Shown here: positions 1-10,472 of the stretch, in pieces | Position numbering within the stretch: position 1 is the stretch's first letter | Layout of the letters: each line of letters opens with the position of its first letter | IMG/VR virus record: IMGVR_UViG_3300027749_005140 | Span: 1 to 64,000 of that record | DNA length: 64,000 bases | From: a virus | Taxonomy: Duplodnaviria; Heunggongvirae; Uroviricota; Caudoviricetes | Reading direction: 5' to 3' (one strand) | Made by a program: the position numbers and the translations under genes | The notes under the pieces: generated by a model | What the model saw: the letters and a program-made list of their open reading frames with translations, nothing else | Told to the model about the DNA's origin: nothing | Databases searched by the model: none

Positions 1-135
1 AATTAGTTTTACTTTTTAAATTTACTATCATATTTTAATTGTTTTATTTATTTATATCACTAAATTTTTATTAGTTTAGTTTTGTTTTACTAAAAAATAG
101 TTGTATATTTGTATTTCAAAATATAAAGACGAAAT

Positions 136-783
136 ATGATTACATTAGGATTATCAGGTAGTAGATACTCAGGAAAAAAAACAACTATTGAAGTATTCAA
201 AAGAATAGGTATACCTGTTTTCGATGCAGACCTTATTTTAAAGTTTATCTTAAATCATAATCATGAACTATTAGGTGATGTAAGAAAAGAGATAGGTTCT
301 GACTTCTTTATAAATCATCAATTAGATTTTCGTAGTTTAAATAAATCTACATTTGATAAAGTTCTTGATATAACAGAAGACGATTTATTCAATGCTTATA
401 ATAAATTTTGTAATAGATATGAAAGAAAATCTTCAATCTATACAATTTTTCATTCATCGCTTTTATTTGAAAGAGACTGGGATAAAAAACTTGATTTAAG
501 TATCAATGTATTCTCTCCAGAGGGAGATAGATTAAAAAGAGCTCGTTATCAAACTAATGAAGGTTTACTAAACATTAGAGATAGAATGAAAACTGAAATG
601 AATCCACTTCAGAAAAATCAAATGGCAGACTATATTATAAATAACTATAATAATGGTGATGTCGTAGGAAATATTGGCCTACAACCTACAAAGCTACCAA
701 ACTTAGTAAAACAAGTAAATCAAATTGATCAAAAGGTTATTGATGAATACTTATATAAAGAAAGTTTAATACTTTGTGTGTAA
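136..783 (+). CDS. P-loop kinase, dephospho-CoA kinase-like
   Basis: N-terminal GLSGSRYSGKKT P-loop followed by VFDADLI, resembling the CoaE GLTGGIGSGKS...VIDAD pattern. Confidence 0.4.
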   Translation: MITLGLSGSRYSGKKTTIEVFKRIGIPVFDADLILKFILNHNHELLGDVRKEIGSDFFINHQLDFRSLNKSTFDKVLDITEDDLFNAYNKFCNRYERKSSIYTIFHSSLLFERDWDKKLDLSINVFSPEGDRLKRARYQTNEGLLNIRDRMKTEMNPLQKNQMADYIINNYNNGDVVGNIGLQPTKLPNLVKQVNQIDQKVIDEYLYKESLILCV

Positions 784-1236
784 ATGAAAAATGTAATAAG
801 AATAAAACTTATCAACCAATGTGCTGGTAAATTACAATTTGTAAAAAATATAAAAGAACTTTTAGGTTTAGGTTTAAAAGAAGCTAAAGACATTGTTGAT
901 AATATCTGTACTCAACCATTTAAGTATGTTGAGTTTGAAATTCCAAATAATACCAGTATCTATGATGTCAAAAAACTTTTAGATGATTTATCTTGGACTA
1001 GTATATCTCGTGATGATGAAATGGCTTTTTACAACTATGAGATCAATGGTGGCGTACAATGGCAGAGAGAAGCTAATATGTTAAAACTAGGAATAGGTTC
1101 ACGAGAAGATTATTTAGATTTTATTAAACAATCTATTCAAACAAATTTTGGTAACTCAGAAGAATTGATTACATTTGTACTCAATAAATTATCAGACGAA
1201 CAATTAAAACAAACATTAGAAAAAATAGAATATTAA
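784..1236 (+). CDS. ribosomal protein bL12 (L7/L12) C-terminal-domain-like protein
   Basis: [25 protein letters not shown] matches the L7/L12 CTD core ([21 protein letters not shown]). Extra ~80 aa C-terminal extension. Confidence 0.5.
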   Translation: [150 protein letters not shown]

Positions 1237-1653
1237 ATGGCAAATGCACATATACATTCAGTATCTTCAGCACGTAAATTTGGTGGACAACCAGAGGATT
1301 ACTTAACAATACATATAAAGATGGATTGCTCTAAAGCCTATTTATCAGATAATAGACATAGAGCTTTAACACACCACGGGTTTTGGATACACGAGGTGAT
1401 GATACCTATATTCGGATACACAATCACAAACTCAGATGATAAAATTGTATCTGTAAAAGATATATGTGAACAACATATATTAGAAGACTTTGGAATGAGG
1501 TTCATTCCAACTGCACAAGACTACCTTGAAAATTTAGATTTTAAAGAATGGATGCAAAATGGATTAAAAGATAATCCTTCATCTGCAATAAAAATTACAC
1601 AAAAAAATAAATCTGGACAAATACCTAGTCCAACTAACACAATTTTAGACTAA
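1237..1653 (+). CDS. hypothetical protein
   Basis: ORF in co-directional gene run; no recognisable motif. Confidence 0.3.
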   Translation: MANAHIHSVSSARKFGGQPEDYLTIHIKMDCSKAYLSDNRHRALTHHGFWIHEVMIPIFGYTITNSDDKIVSVKDICEQHILEDFGMRFIPTAQDYLENLDFKEWMQNGLKDNPSSAIKITQKNKSGQIPSPTNTILD

Positions 1654-2381
1654 TGATAGTAATATGTAAAAAAGGTAGTACCCGATTAGTAAAAGGACTT
1701 AGATACGAAGTAATCGCTATGAATAATAGTCCAACTTCCTCATATAATAGTGTACGTATTAAAGACTTTGGTGCTTACTCTGTAAAAAACTTTACAACTA
1801 TTGAGGGTAATGAATTACCAAAAATTGATATAGCATTACCACAATACTTCTATAATAGAAATACTTTATTAAAAGTTGATGAAATTAAGAAAGGTGATAT
1901 AATTGTTTGTACCCGAGATACATATAAAACTTTGGTACAAGATGGTATGTATCGTATTGAAGAAATTACTGTTAAATCAACACCGAGAACTTCTTATAAT
2001 GGTACTATACTTTCACCAAATATAGAACATTTCATTAAACTTGAAGGTGTTAAAAGAAAACTAAAGTTCAATGGTTGGACTTTTAGAAAATTGACAATCG
2101 CAGAAGCACGTGAAATGGCATTAGGTCAATTACTATTTGATGAAGAAACAGGAGTTATTACTACAAATGATGTAAGAAAAATTGACTTGGTTAAGAATAA
2201 GAACTTAGAACTAGTTAGATTGGTATCAAAATCTATATTAGACCCTAATAGACACGGGTTAAAGATTTTAGACTGGGGTATTCAACAAGTGTCTAAGAAA
2301 GTAGACGTAAAAGCAGATGATTATGAAGAACTTTTAAATATGTCTTTAAAAGATATATTAGAACTAATCGAAACTAATTAA
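1653..2381 (+). CDS. hypothetical protein
   Basis: ORF, start overlaps upstream stop (ATGA); no motif recognised. Confidence 0.3.
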   Translation: MIVICKKGSTRLVKGLRYEVIAMNNSPTSSYNSVRIKDFGAYSVKNFTTIEGNELPKIDIALPQYFYNRNTLLKVDEIKKGDIIVCTRDTYKTLVQDGMYRIEEITVKSTPRTSYNGTILSPNIEHFIKLEGVKRKLKFNGWTFRKLTIAEAREMALGQLLFDEETGVITTNDVRKIDLVKNKNLELVRLVSKSILDPNRHGLKILDWGIQQVSKKVDVKADDYEELLNMSLKDILELIETN

Positions 2382-2422
2382 GAATAAGTAATACAATTAA
2401 AACAATTAAAAACAATTAAATT

Positions 2423-4321
2423 ATGGTAGAACAGATTTTGGGCTATTGGCCCGTACTTTTAACGCTCGTATGTATCGTTATGTACAAATTCATTTTTCGT
2501 GTATTTTTTGGACTAGTCATTGTTCCTGAGGACAAGGTTGGTTTAGTAACGAAAAAATTCGTTCTTTTTGGAGACAATAAAGAACTTAGTGGTGATAGAA
2601 TCATCGCAGTAAACGGTGAAGCAGGTTTACAAGCTAAAATGCTTTCTCCTGGTTTACATTGGTGGATGTGGCCTTGGCAGTACTCTGTTGATATGCAGGC
2701 ATTCATCGTTATCCCAGAAGGACATATTGGATTAGTTTCTTCTAAAGATGGTAGAGTTCCTAAAACTGGACGTATCTTAGGACGTAGAGTTGAATGTGAT
2801 AATTTCCAAGATGCGGTAGCTTTCCTTAATAACGAAGGACAAAAAGGACGTCAGTCTGCTTATATCACGAATGGTACTTATAAAATCAACACTCACTTAT
2901 TTGAAGTGTCTGCAGTTAAACAAGTAAGTGTACAAGAGAATATGGTTGGTATTGTAACTACACTTGATGGTGAACCACTTAACACTGGTCAAATCGCAGG
3001 AGAACCTGTAACAGGACACAATAACTTCCAAGACTTTGATACATTCTTATCTGAGGGTGGTAATAGAGGTTTACAACAACAAGTAATTCTTGCGGGTTCT
3101 TATAACTTAAACCCTTGGGCAGTACAAGTTGAAGAGGTTCAAATGACTGAAATTCCTATTGGTAATGTTGGTGTTGTTATTTCTTATGTTGGTGCTGATG
3201 GTGTTGACTTAACTGGTGCTAACTTCAAACACGGTAACTTAGTATCTAAAGGACAAAAAGGTGTTTGGGCTGAACCACTTGGACCTGGTAAGTATGCAAT
3301 CAACAGATATACAAATCGTATTGAAGTTGTACCTACTACTAACTTAGTTCTTAACTGGGCAAATGCTAGAACAGAGTCTCACAACTTAGACAAGGGATTG
3401 AGTACGATTACAGTACGTTCTAAAGATGGTTTCCCATTCAACTTAGACGTTTCTCAAATCATTCACATTCCAATGACAGAAGCACCAAAAGTAATCGCTC
3501 GTTTCGGTTCTATGTTAAACCTTGTATCACAAGTATTAGAACCAACAATTGGTAACTACTTCCGTAACTCTGCACAAGATTCAGACGTTATTGCTTTCTT
3601 ATCTACTCGTCAGATTAGACAAGATGCAGCTAAAGCTTCTATCTCTGCAGTACTTGAAGAGTATAATGTTCACGCAGTAGATACCCTAATTGGAGACATT
3701 ACTCCACCAGAGTCTTTGATGAAAACTCTTACTGACCGTAAGATTGCAGAAGAGCAACAAGTGACTTACGAGACACAGAAAAAAGCTCAAGTTCAAAGAC
3801 AAACTCTTGAAAAAGAAACTGCTATTGCAGATATGCAAGGTGAGTTAGTAAAAGCTGACCAAGGTGTTCAAATCTCTGAGAGATTGGCAGACTCTGCAGT
3901 AAAAGACGCAACTGGTAAAGCTCGTTCAGTAAAAATTGCAGCAGAAGCTAACGCCGAATCTACAACATTGAATGCTAAAGCAGAAGCTACCAGAAAAACT
4001 CTTATTGGAGATGCTGAAGCTAACGCTATCTTAGCAGTAGGTAAATCGACTGCAGAATCTTACAGATTAGCTGTTGATGCAATGGGTCAAGATAACTTCA
4101 CGACTTATAAAGTAACAGAAGAAATCGGTAAAGGTAATGTGAAAATTATGCCAGACTTACTTATCAACGGTGGTGGTCAAGGTGGAAATGGTTCATTAGA
4201 TGGACTACTTGGAGTTCAAATCATGAATATGATGGGTAAAGGTTTTAAAAATCTTGAGACAACAGAAATTCCTGCTGAAGTGGTAGTAACAACTACCGAA
4301 GATAAAAAAGGAAAAAAATAA
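2423..4321 (+). CDS. SPFH/band-7 flotillin-like membrane protein
   Basis: N-terminal TM helix, SPFH-like core, long Ala/Glu/Lys-rich coiled-coil C-terminus typical of flotillin/YqiK; terminator follows. Confidence 0.6.
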   Translation: MVEQILGYWPVLLTLVCIVMYKFIFRVFFGLVIVPEDKVGLVTKKFVLFGDNKELSGDRIIAVNGEAGLQAKMLSPGLHWWMWPWQYSVDMQAFIVIPEGHIGLVSSKDGRVPKTGRILGRRVECDNFQDAVAFLNNEGQKGRQSAYITNGTYKINTHLFEVSAVKQVSVQENMVGIVTTLDGEPLNTGQIAGEPVTGHNNFQDFDTFLSEGGNRGLQQQVILAGSYNLNPWAVQVEEVQMTEIPIGNVGVVISYVGADGVDLTGANFKHGNLVSKGQKGVWAEPLGPGKYAINRYTNRIEVVPTTNLVLNWANARTESHNLDKGLSTITVRSKDGFPFNLDVSQIIHIPMTEAPKVIARFGSMLNLVSQVLEPTIGNYFRNSAQDSDVIAFLSTRQIRQDAAKASISAVLEEYNVHAVDTLIGDITPPESLMKTLTDRKIAEEQQVTYETQKKAQVQRQTLEKETAIADMQGELVKADQGVQISERLADSAVKDATGKARSVKIAAEANAESTTLNAKAEATRKTLIGDAEANAILAVGKSTAESYRLAVDAMGQDNFTTYKVTEEIGKGNVKIMPDLLINGGGQGGNGSLDGLLGVQIMNMMGKGFKNLETTEIPAEVVVTTTEDKKGKK

Positions 4322-4340
4322 TAAAATCCTTTTTAAGAAA

Positions 4341-4385
4341 AAACACCCCTATTTTTTAATAGGGGTGTTTTTATTTATAATTTTT
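4341..4385 (+). terminator. rho-independent terminator
   Basis: aacacccctatttttt / aataggggtgtttttattt hairpin plus T-run. Confidence 0.7.
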
Positions 4386-4398
4386 AATATATACAATT

Positions 4399-5145
4399 AT
4401 GTACAATAAAATATATGACTTCTGTAAAGTAAGAAATGAAGGAACTATCTATGATAATAATTCACAGACACCTCCTCCAAGAGTTCAATTTTTAATGGAA
4501 CTTTTAGATTCGGAAGGTATTAAATATGAATTAGATAAGTTTTATACTTCTGAAGTTACCGGATATAATCTTATTCTACAGGGAACATCAAATAGGATGG
4601 TTGTTGCACATCATGATGTAAGTAATCCTAACATAGATAATGCAAATGATAATAGTGCGTCAGTAATCAATGCAATAATGATTAAGAAGCTTTTACCAAC
4701 AATGAATGTAATTCTATTAGATGGTGAAGAAGTTGGGGGTGTAGGCTCTAATAGAGCTTCAGAACTAATCAATAATGGTAAGTTTGGTGATATAGAATGG
4801 GTACTTAATTTAGAGTTAAGTGGTAAAGGTGGTAAACACTTTTTCATCGGAGATTATCCAGGACCTTTAACAGATCACATTAAAAATATTTTTGATTGTC
4901 CAATAGTTCGAACACCTTTTAATGACTCAGTTACATTTAGAAGAAATGGAATTGATTCAGTAGTTATAAATCCATTACCTCCTGTTTTAGAAGGTAAAAC
5001 AAATGTTAAATGGAATGAAGATACATATTTAGATTACTCTATGTTATTTAATTGTCATTCATCAAAAGACACGATTGCAACAATTGATCCAACAGATATG
5101 AAAGAATTTGTTGAAGATGTTGTTTTAAAAATATTAACATATTAA
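4399..5145 (+). CDS. M28-family zinc peptidase-like protein
   Basis: VVAHHDV (H-x-D), DNSASV (Asp), LDGEEVGGVGS (EE-x-G-x-GS) resemble the M28 aminopeptidase metal-ligand motifs. Confidence 0.45.
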   Translation: MYNKIYDFCKVRNEGTIYDNNSQTPPPRVQFLMELLDSEGIKYELDKFYTSEVTGYNLILQGTSNRMVVAHHDVSNPNIDNANDNSASVINAIMIKKLLPTMNVILLDGEEVGGVGSNRASELINNGKFGDIEWVLNLELSGKGGKHFFIGDYPGPLTDHIKNIFDCPIVRTPFNDSVTFRRNGIDSVVINPLPPVLEGKTNVKWNEDTYLDYSMLFNCHSSKDTIATIDPTDMKEFVEDVVLKILTY

Positions 5146-6333
5146 ATGAGAAGTTTAACCAAGTATGATGAATTTATTGTAGAGAAACTTATATTAGAAC
5201 AGCTTCTATTAGAGTCTAATGTAATTTATTCTAGTAAGTTTAAAAAAGCACTTACAAAATTACCGGATAATGAAATAGCTCAAAAGTTATTAGAAATAGA
5301 AAATAAAGACTTAGAAGTAGTTTCTAACTTCTTTGATATAAAAATAGACAATGATAATATATTGACATTTACTCCTGACAGAGTTGCACAACAAATACTT
5401 GAAGATACTAGAGAATATGTAAATTATGTTGGCCGTAGAGGTGGTTGGTTGACTAATAATGTTAGAACTAACGGAGCTATCTTTGCAAGACTTGGATTTA
5501 CTCCTACAACAGAAGAGGTATTTCATCCAAACAATAATCTTATTGGTGAAGTAATTAGTGAAGTGACCTCTGAAAAAACTCATAAAACTTGGTGTTATGT
5601 TAAGTTTCCAACTGGTGAAGGTGTTTATAATAGAGAAAAGTTAAGAACTATTGTTGATGATAAACAAAAGATAGTATTTACTAAAAGTAGACAAGAAATA
5701 AGAATTGGTAGAGCAGTTAGGATTCTATTGACTGCATATAACTTCAATCCAACCGCTGCAGCGATAGAAACATTTGTAAATGAGTTTAGAGCAGTCTTGT
5801 CAATTATGAATGATGTATTCTCACGATTTGAGATAGTCGAAGGTGATGATTTAGGATTCTGGTATCATAGAAGAAACTATGAGTTTCCACACCAAGGTAC
5901 ATTAGGAGGATCTTGTCAAGCAGTTGGAAATCTTGATTGGTTAGAAATTTATATTAAAAATCCACAAACCGTTAAACTACTTATGTTAAAGTCAGAAAAC
6001 TTTGATAATAAAATTATTGGTAGAGCACTTCTTTGGACATTAGATGATGGTAGACAAGTAATGGATAGTATTTATACAAGTAAAGATTCTGATAGAAATG
6101 TATTTATTGAATATGGTAATGCAAAAGGATATCTACAAATGAATTATAGTGATACATTTGTTGCTCATATAAATCCTGGTGAATTTGATCAATATCCATC
6201 AGTTGATAATATGAATAATTGGGATCCAATAACTGGTAAAATTAGTAATAGAAGTTTTCCAGGTTCAAGAGGTATAATATGGAGTGAGAATGATGGTGAT
6301 GAAGAATGGGATGAAGACGATGATAACTGGTAA
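5146..6333 (+). CDS. hypothetical protein, paralog family A (acidic C-terminus)
   Basis: Shares SKF..L..IEN..FTPDR, IY(I/V)KNPQ, GRA(L/I)LW, IYTS(K/N)DSD and an acidic tail with the ORF at 50467..51696. Confidence 0.4.
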   Translation: MRSLTKYDEFIVEKLILEQLLLESNVIYSSKFKKALTKLPDNEIAQKLLEIENKDLEVVSNFFDIKIDNDNILTFTPDRVAQQILEDTREYVNYVGRRGGWLTNNVRTNGAIFARLGFTPTTEEVFHPNNNLIGEVISEVTSEKTHKTWCYVKFPTGEGVYNREKLRTIVDDKQKIVFTKSRQEIRIGRAVRILLTAYNFNPTAAAIETFVNEFRAVLSIMNDVFSRFEIVEGDDLGFWYHRRNYEFPHQGTLGGSCQAVGNLDWLEIYIKNPQTVKLLMLKSENFDNKIIGRALLWTLDDGRQVMDSIYTSKDSDRNVFIEYGNAKGYLQMNYSDTFVAHINPGEFDQYPSVDNMNNWDPITGKISNRSFPGSRGIIWSENDGDEEWDEDDDNW

Positions 6334-6525
6334 AAAAAATAATATATACTAAGTGAAATACTTAAAGCTTTTTGAAGCATTTGTTGCAGATATACCACAA
6401 GTAGAATTATCAGACAAAACAATTGATGATGTTCTTAATCCGAATTTCTTTGAAGAAGTGATTGAGGATGATGGTTCTACAATAGATTCAAATGGAGTTA
6501 TACATATAAAAAATTGGAATATATA

Positions 6526-7707
6526 CTAAAGAATACCGTCTTTTAGTTGATTTATTAAATGATTAGTAATTTTCTGAATGATTCTACTACTAATTATTTC
6601 TGCTTGTTCTTCGTTAAAATCTGAGAACTTTTTACGTTGTTCATTCAATTCTGATTCTTTGATATCATTTAATTTTTCTTTTAAAGCTTGAATGGTTGGT
6701 GCGAACTTTCTATTTTCTAACCAAGTTATAAATTCACCTTTTATTTCGTCTATGATTGATTCCGCAGCAGGTATATAAAGTTTTCGATTCTCGAGTGTTT
6801 CGTCAGTAATTTGTGATAAGTGATCCAAATGTATTAGTGTGACACCATTTATTTCGTTTACATTTTCATTTACATTTTTCGGAATTGATAAATCTAAAAT
6901 CAATAATGGTTTTTTAATATTAAGTATTTCTTTATCAACTGTTGGTTTTTTCGATCCAGTCGCAACAATAACAACATCTACATTTTGGAGTTCTGATTTC
7001 AAATTTTCATAATCTTTTACAATAACATTTACTTTTTGAGCTAACTTTTCTGCCTTGTACTTTGTTCTATTGATTAAAGTTATGTTATCGTGTTTAGTAT
7101 GTTTTACTAAGTTTTGACAAGTATTTATTCCAATTTTTCCTGTTCCTAAAAGAAGAATATTTTTGTTTGCAATATCTTCGACATTTTTAATGATATATTG
7201 AACAGATGCAAATGCAACTGAAGTAGCCCCACTAGAAAGTTTGGTTTCTGTTTTTATTTTTTTACTGGCTTGTATAACAGAATTCACTAATCTTTCCATA
7301 AAAGAATTTACTAATCCTGATGATTTACTTTGTATAAAAGAAGATTTTAACTGACCGATAATTTCAAAATCACCTAAAATTTGACTATCTAGTCCGGCTC
7401 CTACTCGAAACATATGACTTACTGCGTCATGATCCTTGTATACATAAATAACCTCTTGTAATTCTTCAACAGTACCCTCGCTGTTATTACAAAGTAATTT
7501 GATCAACTCATATGGATGATTTGAAAAACCATATATTTCAGTTCTATTACAGGTTGAAGTAACGATTAGAGATTCAATTCCAGCTGTTTTTGCTTGTAAT
7601 AATAATCTTGATTTAGTATTAGTATCTAAAATAAACTTACCTCTCAGTTCAGCATCAGCATTCTTGTAACTTAATCCGATGGCATAGAAAGAAGTGTGCT
7701 TCGTCAT
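6526..7707 (-). CDS. hemA: glutamyl-tRNA reductase
   Basis: Hallmark STCNRTEIY motif near the N-terminus, LLGTGKIG NADPH-binding glycine-rich motif, length ~390 aa. Confidence 0.8.
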   Translation of the reverse strand: MTKHTSFYAIGLSYKNADAELRGKFILDTNTKSRLLLQAKTAGIESLIVTSTCNRTEIYGFSNHPYELIKLLCNNSEGTVEELQEVIYVYKDHDAVSHMFRVGAGLDSQILGDFEIIGQLKSSFIQSKSSGLVNSFMERLVNSVIQASKKIKTETKLSSGATSVAFASVQYIIKNVEDIANKNILLLGTGKIGINTCQNLVKHTKHDNITLINRTKYKAEKLAQKVNVIVKDYENLKSELQNVDVVIVATGSKKPTVDKEILNIKKPLLILDLSIPKNVNENVNEINGVTLIHLDHLSQITDETLENRKLYIPAAESIIDEIKGEFITWLENRKFAPTIQALKEKLNDIKESELNEQRKKFSDFNEEQAEIISSRIIQKITNHLINQLKDGIL

Positions 7708-7721
7708 AGTTTTTAATATTT

Positions 7722-8132
7722 TTATACTTCTACAACCCAGGTATCAGTTTTAAAATCATCCTTTGTCATTACAGTGATTACCGTTAGTGTAAATTCATTC
7801 GCACCAGGTGTTAGTACACAAACTATATTTAATTTAGTTTTCTTATCTCTAATAACAAATCTATTTGGTTTACCATTTTCATCCATAATATCAAATTGAT
7901 CTTGCATTAAAGCAATTGTTATTTCTTCAATCGCAGATTCTACTAAACCTCTAATATCATCATCATCAATTTTACCACTTTCTTTATTAAAACCGTGTCT
8001 ATATTGTTGAATTGCAGCATGTTCTACCTTTTCAAGATCAATTCTAATTTCAACTCTTTTTTGAATTGGACCTAAATCTGTTACTCGTGGTCTAAAACCA
8101 CCTTTAAAGCTTTCAAATTTCTTAATTATCAT
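7722..8132 (-). CDS. hypothetical protein
   Basis: ORF immediately downstream of hemA on the same strand. Confidence 0.3.
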   Translation of the reverse strand: MIIKKFESFKGGFRPRVTDLGPIQKRVEIRIDLEKVEHAAIQQYRHGFNKESGKIDDDDIRGLVESAIEEITIALMQDQFDIMDENGKPNRFVIRDKKTKLNIVCVLTPGANEFTLTVITVMTKDDFKTDTWVVEV

Positions 8133-8165
8133 ATTAGTAAATTATTTTTTAATAAACTATATATT

Positions 8166-8200
8166 AAATAAAAAAACCCTAGATTTCTCCAGGGTTCAAT
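8166..8200 (-). terminator. rho-independent terminator (minus strand)
   Basis: Minus-strand hairpin aaccctgg..agggtt followed by ttttttt, downstream of the S1-like gene. Confidence 0.5.
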
Positions 8201-8235
8201 TTTATTTTATCATTTTAAAAATGGGTCGTTTTTAA

Positions 8236-9324
8236 TTATCCAATCGTTAAGAAGATCTTACGTGATTGTCTATCAACTGATAAAACTTTTACTTTGATGT
8301 CTTGTCCAGACACAAACTTTTTGCCTAATTTCTCCATTTCTGAAGTGTGGATTAGTCCAACTGTTTCATCATCTAAGATTACTAAAGTTCCAAATTGTTT
8401 CACATCTTTCACACGACCATCAATAACTTGACCGTTTTTGATGTTATCCCAAAGTGTTTCTCTTAGAACTTGAGTAAGAATAATCTTCTCTTTAATGATT
8501 TCTTTTACATAGAATTCAATCTCTTGTCCTGGTTTAATTTCGGAGATTCTGTTTTGCCAATCTTCTGTAACATTCGCTTTGTGAATCATACCAGTTAAAC
8601 ACTCGTTAAACTCAACAAAGATACCAAACGGTGTTGTTCCAGTTACTCTACCACCATATAAGTTATTAAACTCAAGATTACCAATTTCTTCTGGAATCAA
8701 TGATTGTAGATACTTTCTACGACTTACGATATAAGTTCCTTCATGTTCTGAGAAAGACTCAATCATTACTTGGAATGTATCACCAACAATTGAAGTTGGG
8801 TCGTAAAGTTTGTTGATACCTGCTAAGGTATTTGGCATAAATCCTGGAAGAGTTACTCCTCCATTTGTGATTTCAACATCGTAACCTGCTGGATTAAGTC
8901 CTCTTACATAAGCGGTTACTGATTCTCCTTCCTCTAAAGATTTAAGGTTTTCGTGAGCTCTTGACTCATATAGTGAAGCAATGCTTCCTTTGATGAAATA
9001 TTGACCGTGATTTATCTCGGTAATTAAAACATCAACCTCATCTCCAGTGTTGCAATTTTTAAGGTACTTTGCCTCATTTGGTTTGTCTTCAACTCTAACA
9101 TCATCTTTGAATCCGTCAACGCTAAATACAAACTGATTAGCCATAATACCTCGGTAGTTAGATCTAACCACATTACCTATTTGTGGTATTTCTAATTTAA
9201 TAGAGCTATAAAGAGCATCTAAGTCTTTATCACTCATATTCTTACCCTTTCTGTAGCTTTTTTCTTCAAATAAAAGCTCAAAGTCTGGGTTTCCTACTTC
9301 TGGGTTTAAAATTTCGTTTGTCAT
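8236..9324 (-). CDS. multi-S1-domain RNA-binding protein (ribosomal protein bS1-like)
   Basis: Repeated S1 OB-fold signatures, e.g. GQVIDGRVKDVKQFGTLVILDDETVGLIHTSEM and GGRVTGTTPFGIFVEF..GMIH. Confidence 0.6.
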   Translation of the reverse strand: MTNEILNPEVGNPDFELLFEEKSYRKGKNMSDKDLDALYSSIKLEIPQIGNVVRSNYRGIMANQFVFSVDGFKDDVRVEDKPNEAKYLKNCNTGDEVDVLITEINHGQYFIKGSIASLYESRAHENLKSLEEGESVTAYVRGLNPAGYDVEITNGGVTLPGFMPNTLAGINKLYDPTSIVGDTFQVMIESFSEHEGTYIVSRRKYLQSLIPEEIGNLEFNNLYGGRVTGTTPFGIFVEFNECLTGMIHKANVTEDWQNRISEIKPGQEIEFYVKEIIKEKIILTQVLRETLWDNIKNGQVIDGRVKDVKQFGTLVILDDETVGLIHTSEMEKLGKKFVSGQDIKVKVLSVDRQSRKIFLTIG

Positions 9325-9375
9325 ATAATTTTTTTAGTGTTTAAGTTTTAGTGTGAATTATTAAAAAGTTTTAAA

Positions 9376-9741
9376 TTATTTAATTCTTTTTATAGATTTT
9401 TTTAACATATAATCTCTAAGCTTTGCTGCTTCTTCAAACCTTTCATTTTTGATAAGTTCATCCATTTTATCATTTACTTCTTTGGTAACTTCTTCTAAAG
9501 TCTTATTACCTATCTTTATAGGATCTAAAATAGAATTATAAAAATCATCCATTTCCGAAATACTAGTTAGATAAACATCCTGATTTTTAGGATTATTTAA
9601 CTTAGCACTTTTCATTATTTTGTTTAGGAATGGTTTATTTAGAGCAGAATTTTCAATTAAGTACTTTGCTAGATGATAAGGTCTATTCTTAAACATCTTT
9701 AAAAAGTTTGCTAAAATTTCATTTAATTCTTCGTTATTCAT
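9376..9741 (-). CDS. small protein with UVR-like motif
   Basis: C-terminal FEEAAKLRDYMLKK resembles the UvrB/UvrC UVR motif. Confidence 0.3.
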   Translation of the reverse strand: MNNEELNEILANFLKMFKNRPYHLAKYLIENSALNKPFLNKIMKSAKLNNPKNQDVYLTSISEMDDFYNSILDPIKIGNKTLEEVTKEVNDKMDELIKNERFEEAAKLRDYMLKKSIKRIK

Positions 9742-9773
9742 ACTACATATTATAAGTAATTAAATGATAAGGT

Positions 9774-10472
9774 TTATATTTTTTCAAATAAAATGTTAAA
9801 GTAATAATCAAATTTATAAGTAGAGCTTGGTTTTTCTTGATTAAACATTATTTTAATTGACGATTGATCAAACTCTGTTTCAGTTTGAATCTTAATTAGT
9901 TTATAAGTAGGATCTATTATATTAGTCGACCATGTATTATTATATCTAAGTAAATTTTGATTTCTTAAATCTTGGTATCTTACATAAAGCTCTACACCTT
10001 TGTATTTATATCTATCTAAAACATTTGAACGTATATAACTAGTTACAGCAACATTTACATCATTAAACATGGTCATGTCATTCTTAACTCCCTCAAAAGT
10101 TCTATATTTTTTAAGTGTCGCAAATAAATAGTTAGTAATTATTGTTTTTAAATCAATGGTTAATATCCATCTGGTATTATTATCTAATTGATATTTTGGT
10201 TGTGTGTTATCAATAACCAATGTATGATTTTTGAACTTATCACCATTATTACTACCTGGTGAATAAATATAAGAATCTAGTGATGTTTCAATAGAAACAT
10301 CTAATTGTTCTCCATTAGGTCTTTGATAATATATAATATCTTGATTATCTATACTTATGGTATCTTCTACTTCAAGCATTTTCGCACCGAAGAAGGTACT
10401 TTCCTCTACCATGTTTAATGTTCCATAAACTGCTCTATTCTGATATTCTGGTGATATATAACTTCTTCTCAT
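9774..10472 (-). CDS. hypothetical structural protein
   Basis: ORF contiguous with giant structural genes; no motif recognised. Confidence 0.3.
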   Translation of the reverse strand: MRRSYISPEYQNRAVYGTLNMVEESTFFGAKMLEVEDTISIDNQDIIYYQRPNGEQLDVSIETSLDSYIYSPGSNNGDKFKNHTLVIDNTQPKYQLDNNTRWILTIDLKTIITNYLFATLKKYRTFEGVKNDMTMFNDVNVAVTSYIRSNVLDRYKYKGVELYVRYQDLRNQNLLRYNNTWSTNIIDPTYKLIKIQTETEFDQSSIKIMFNQEKPSSTYKFDYYFNILFEKI

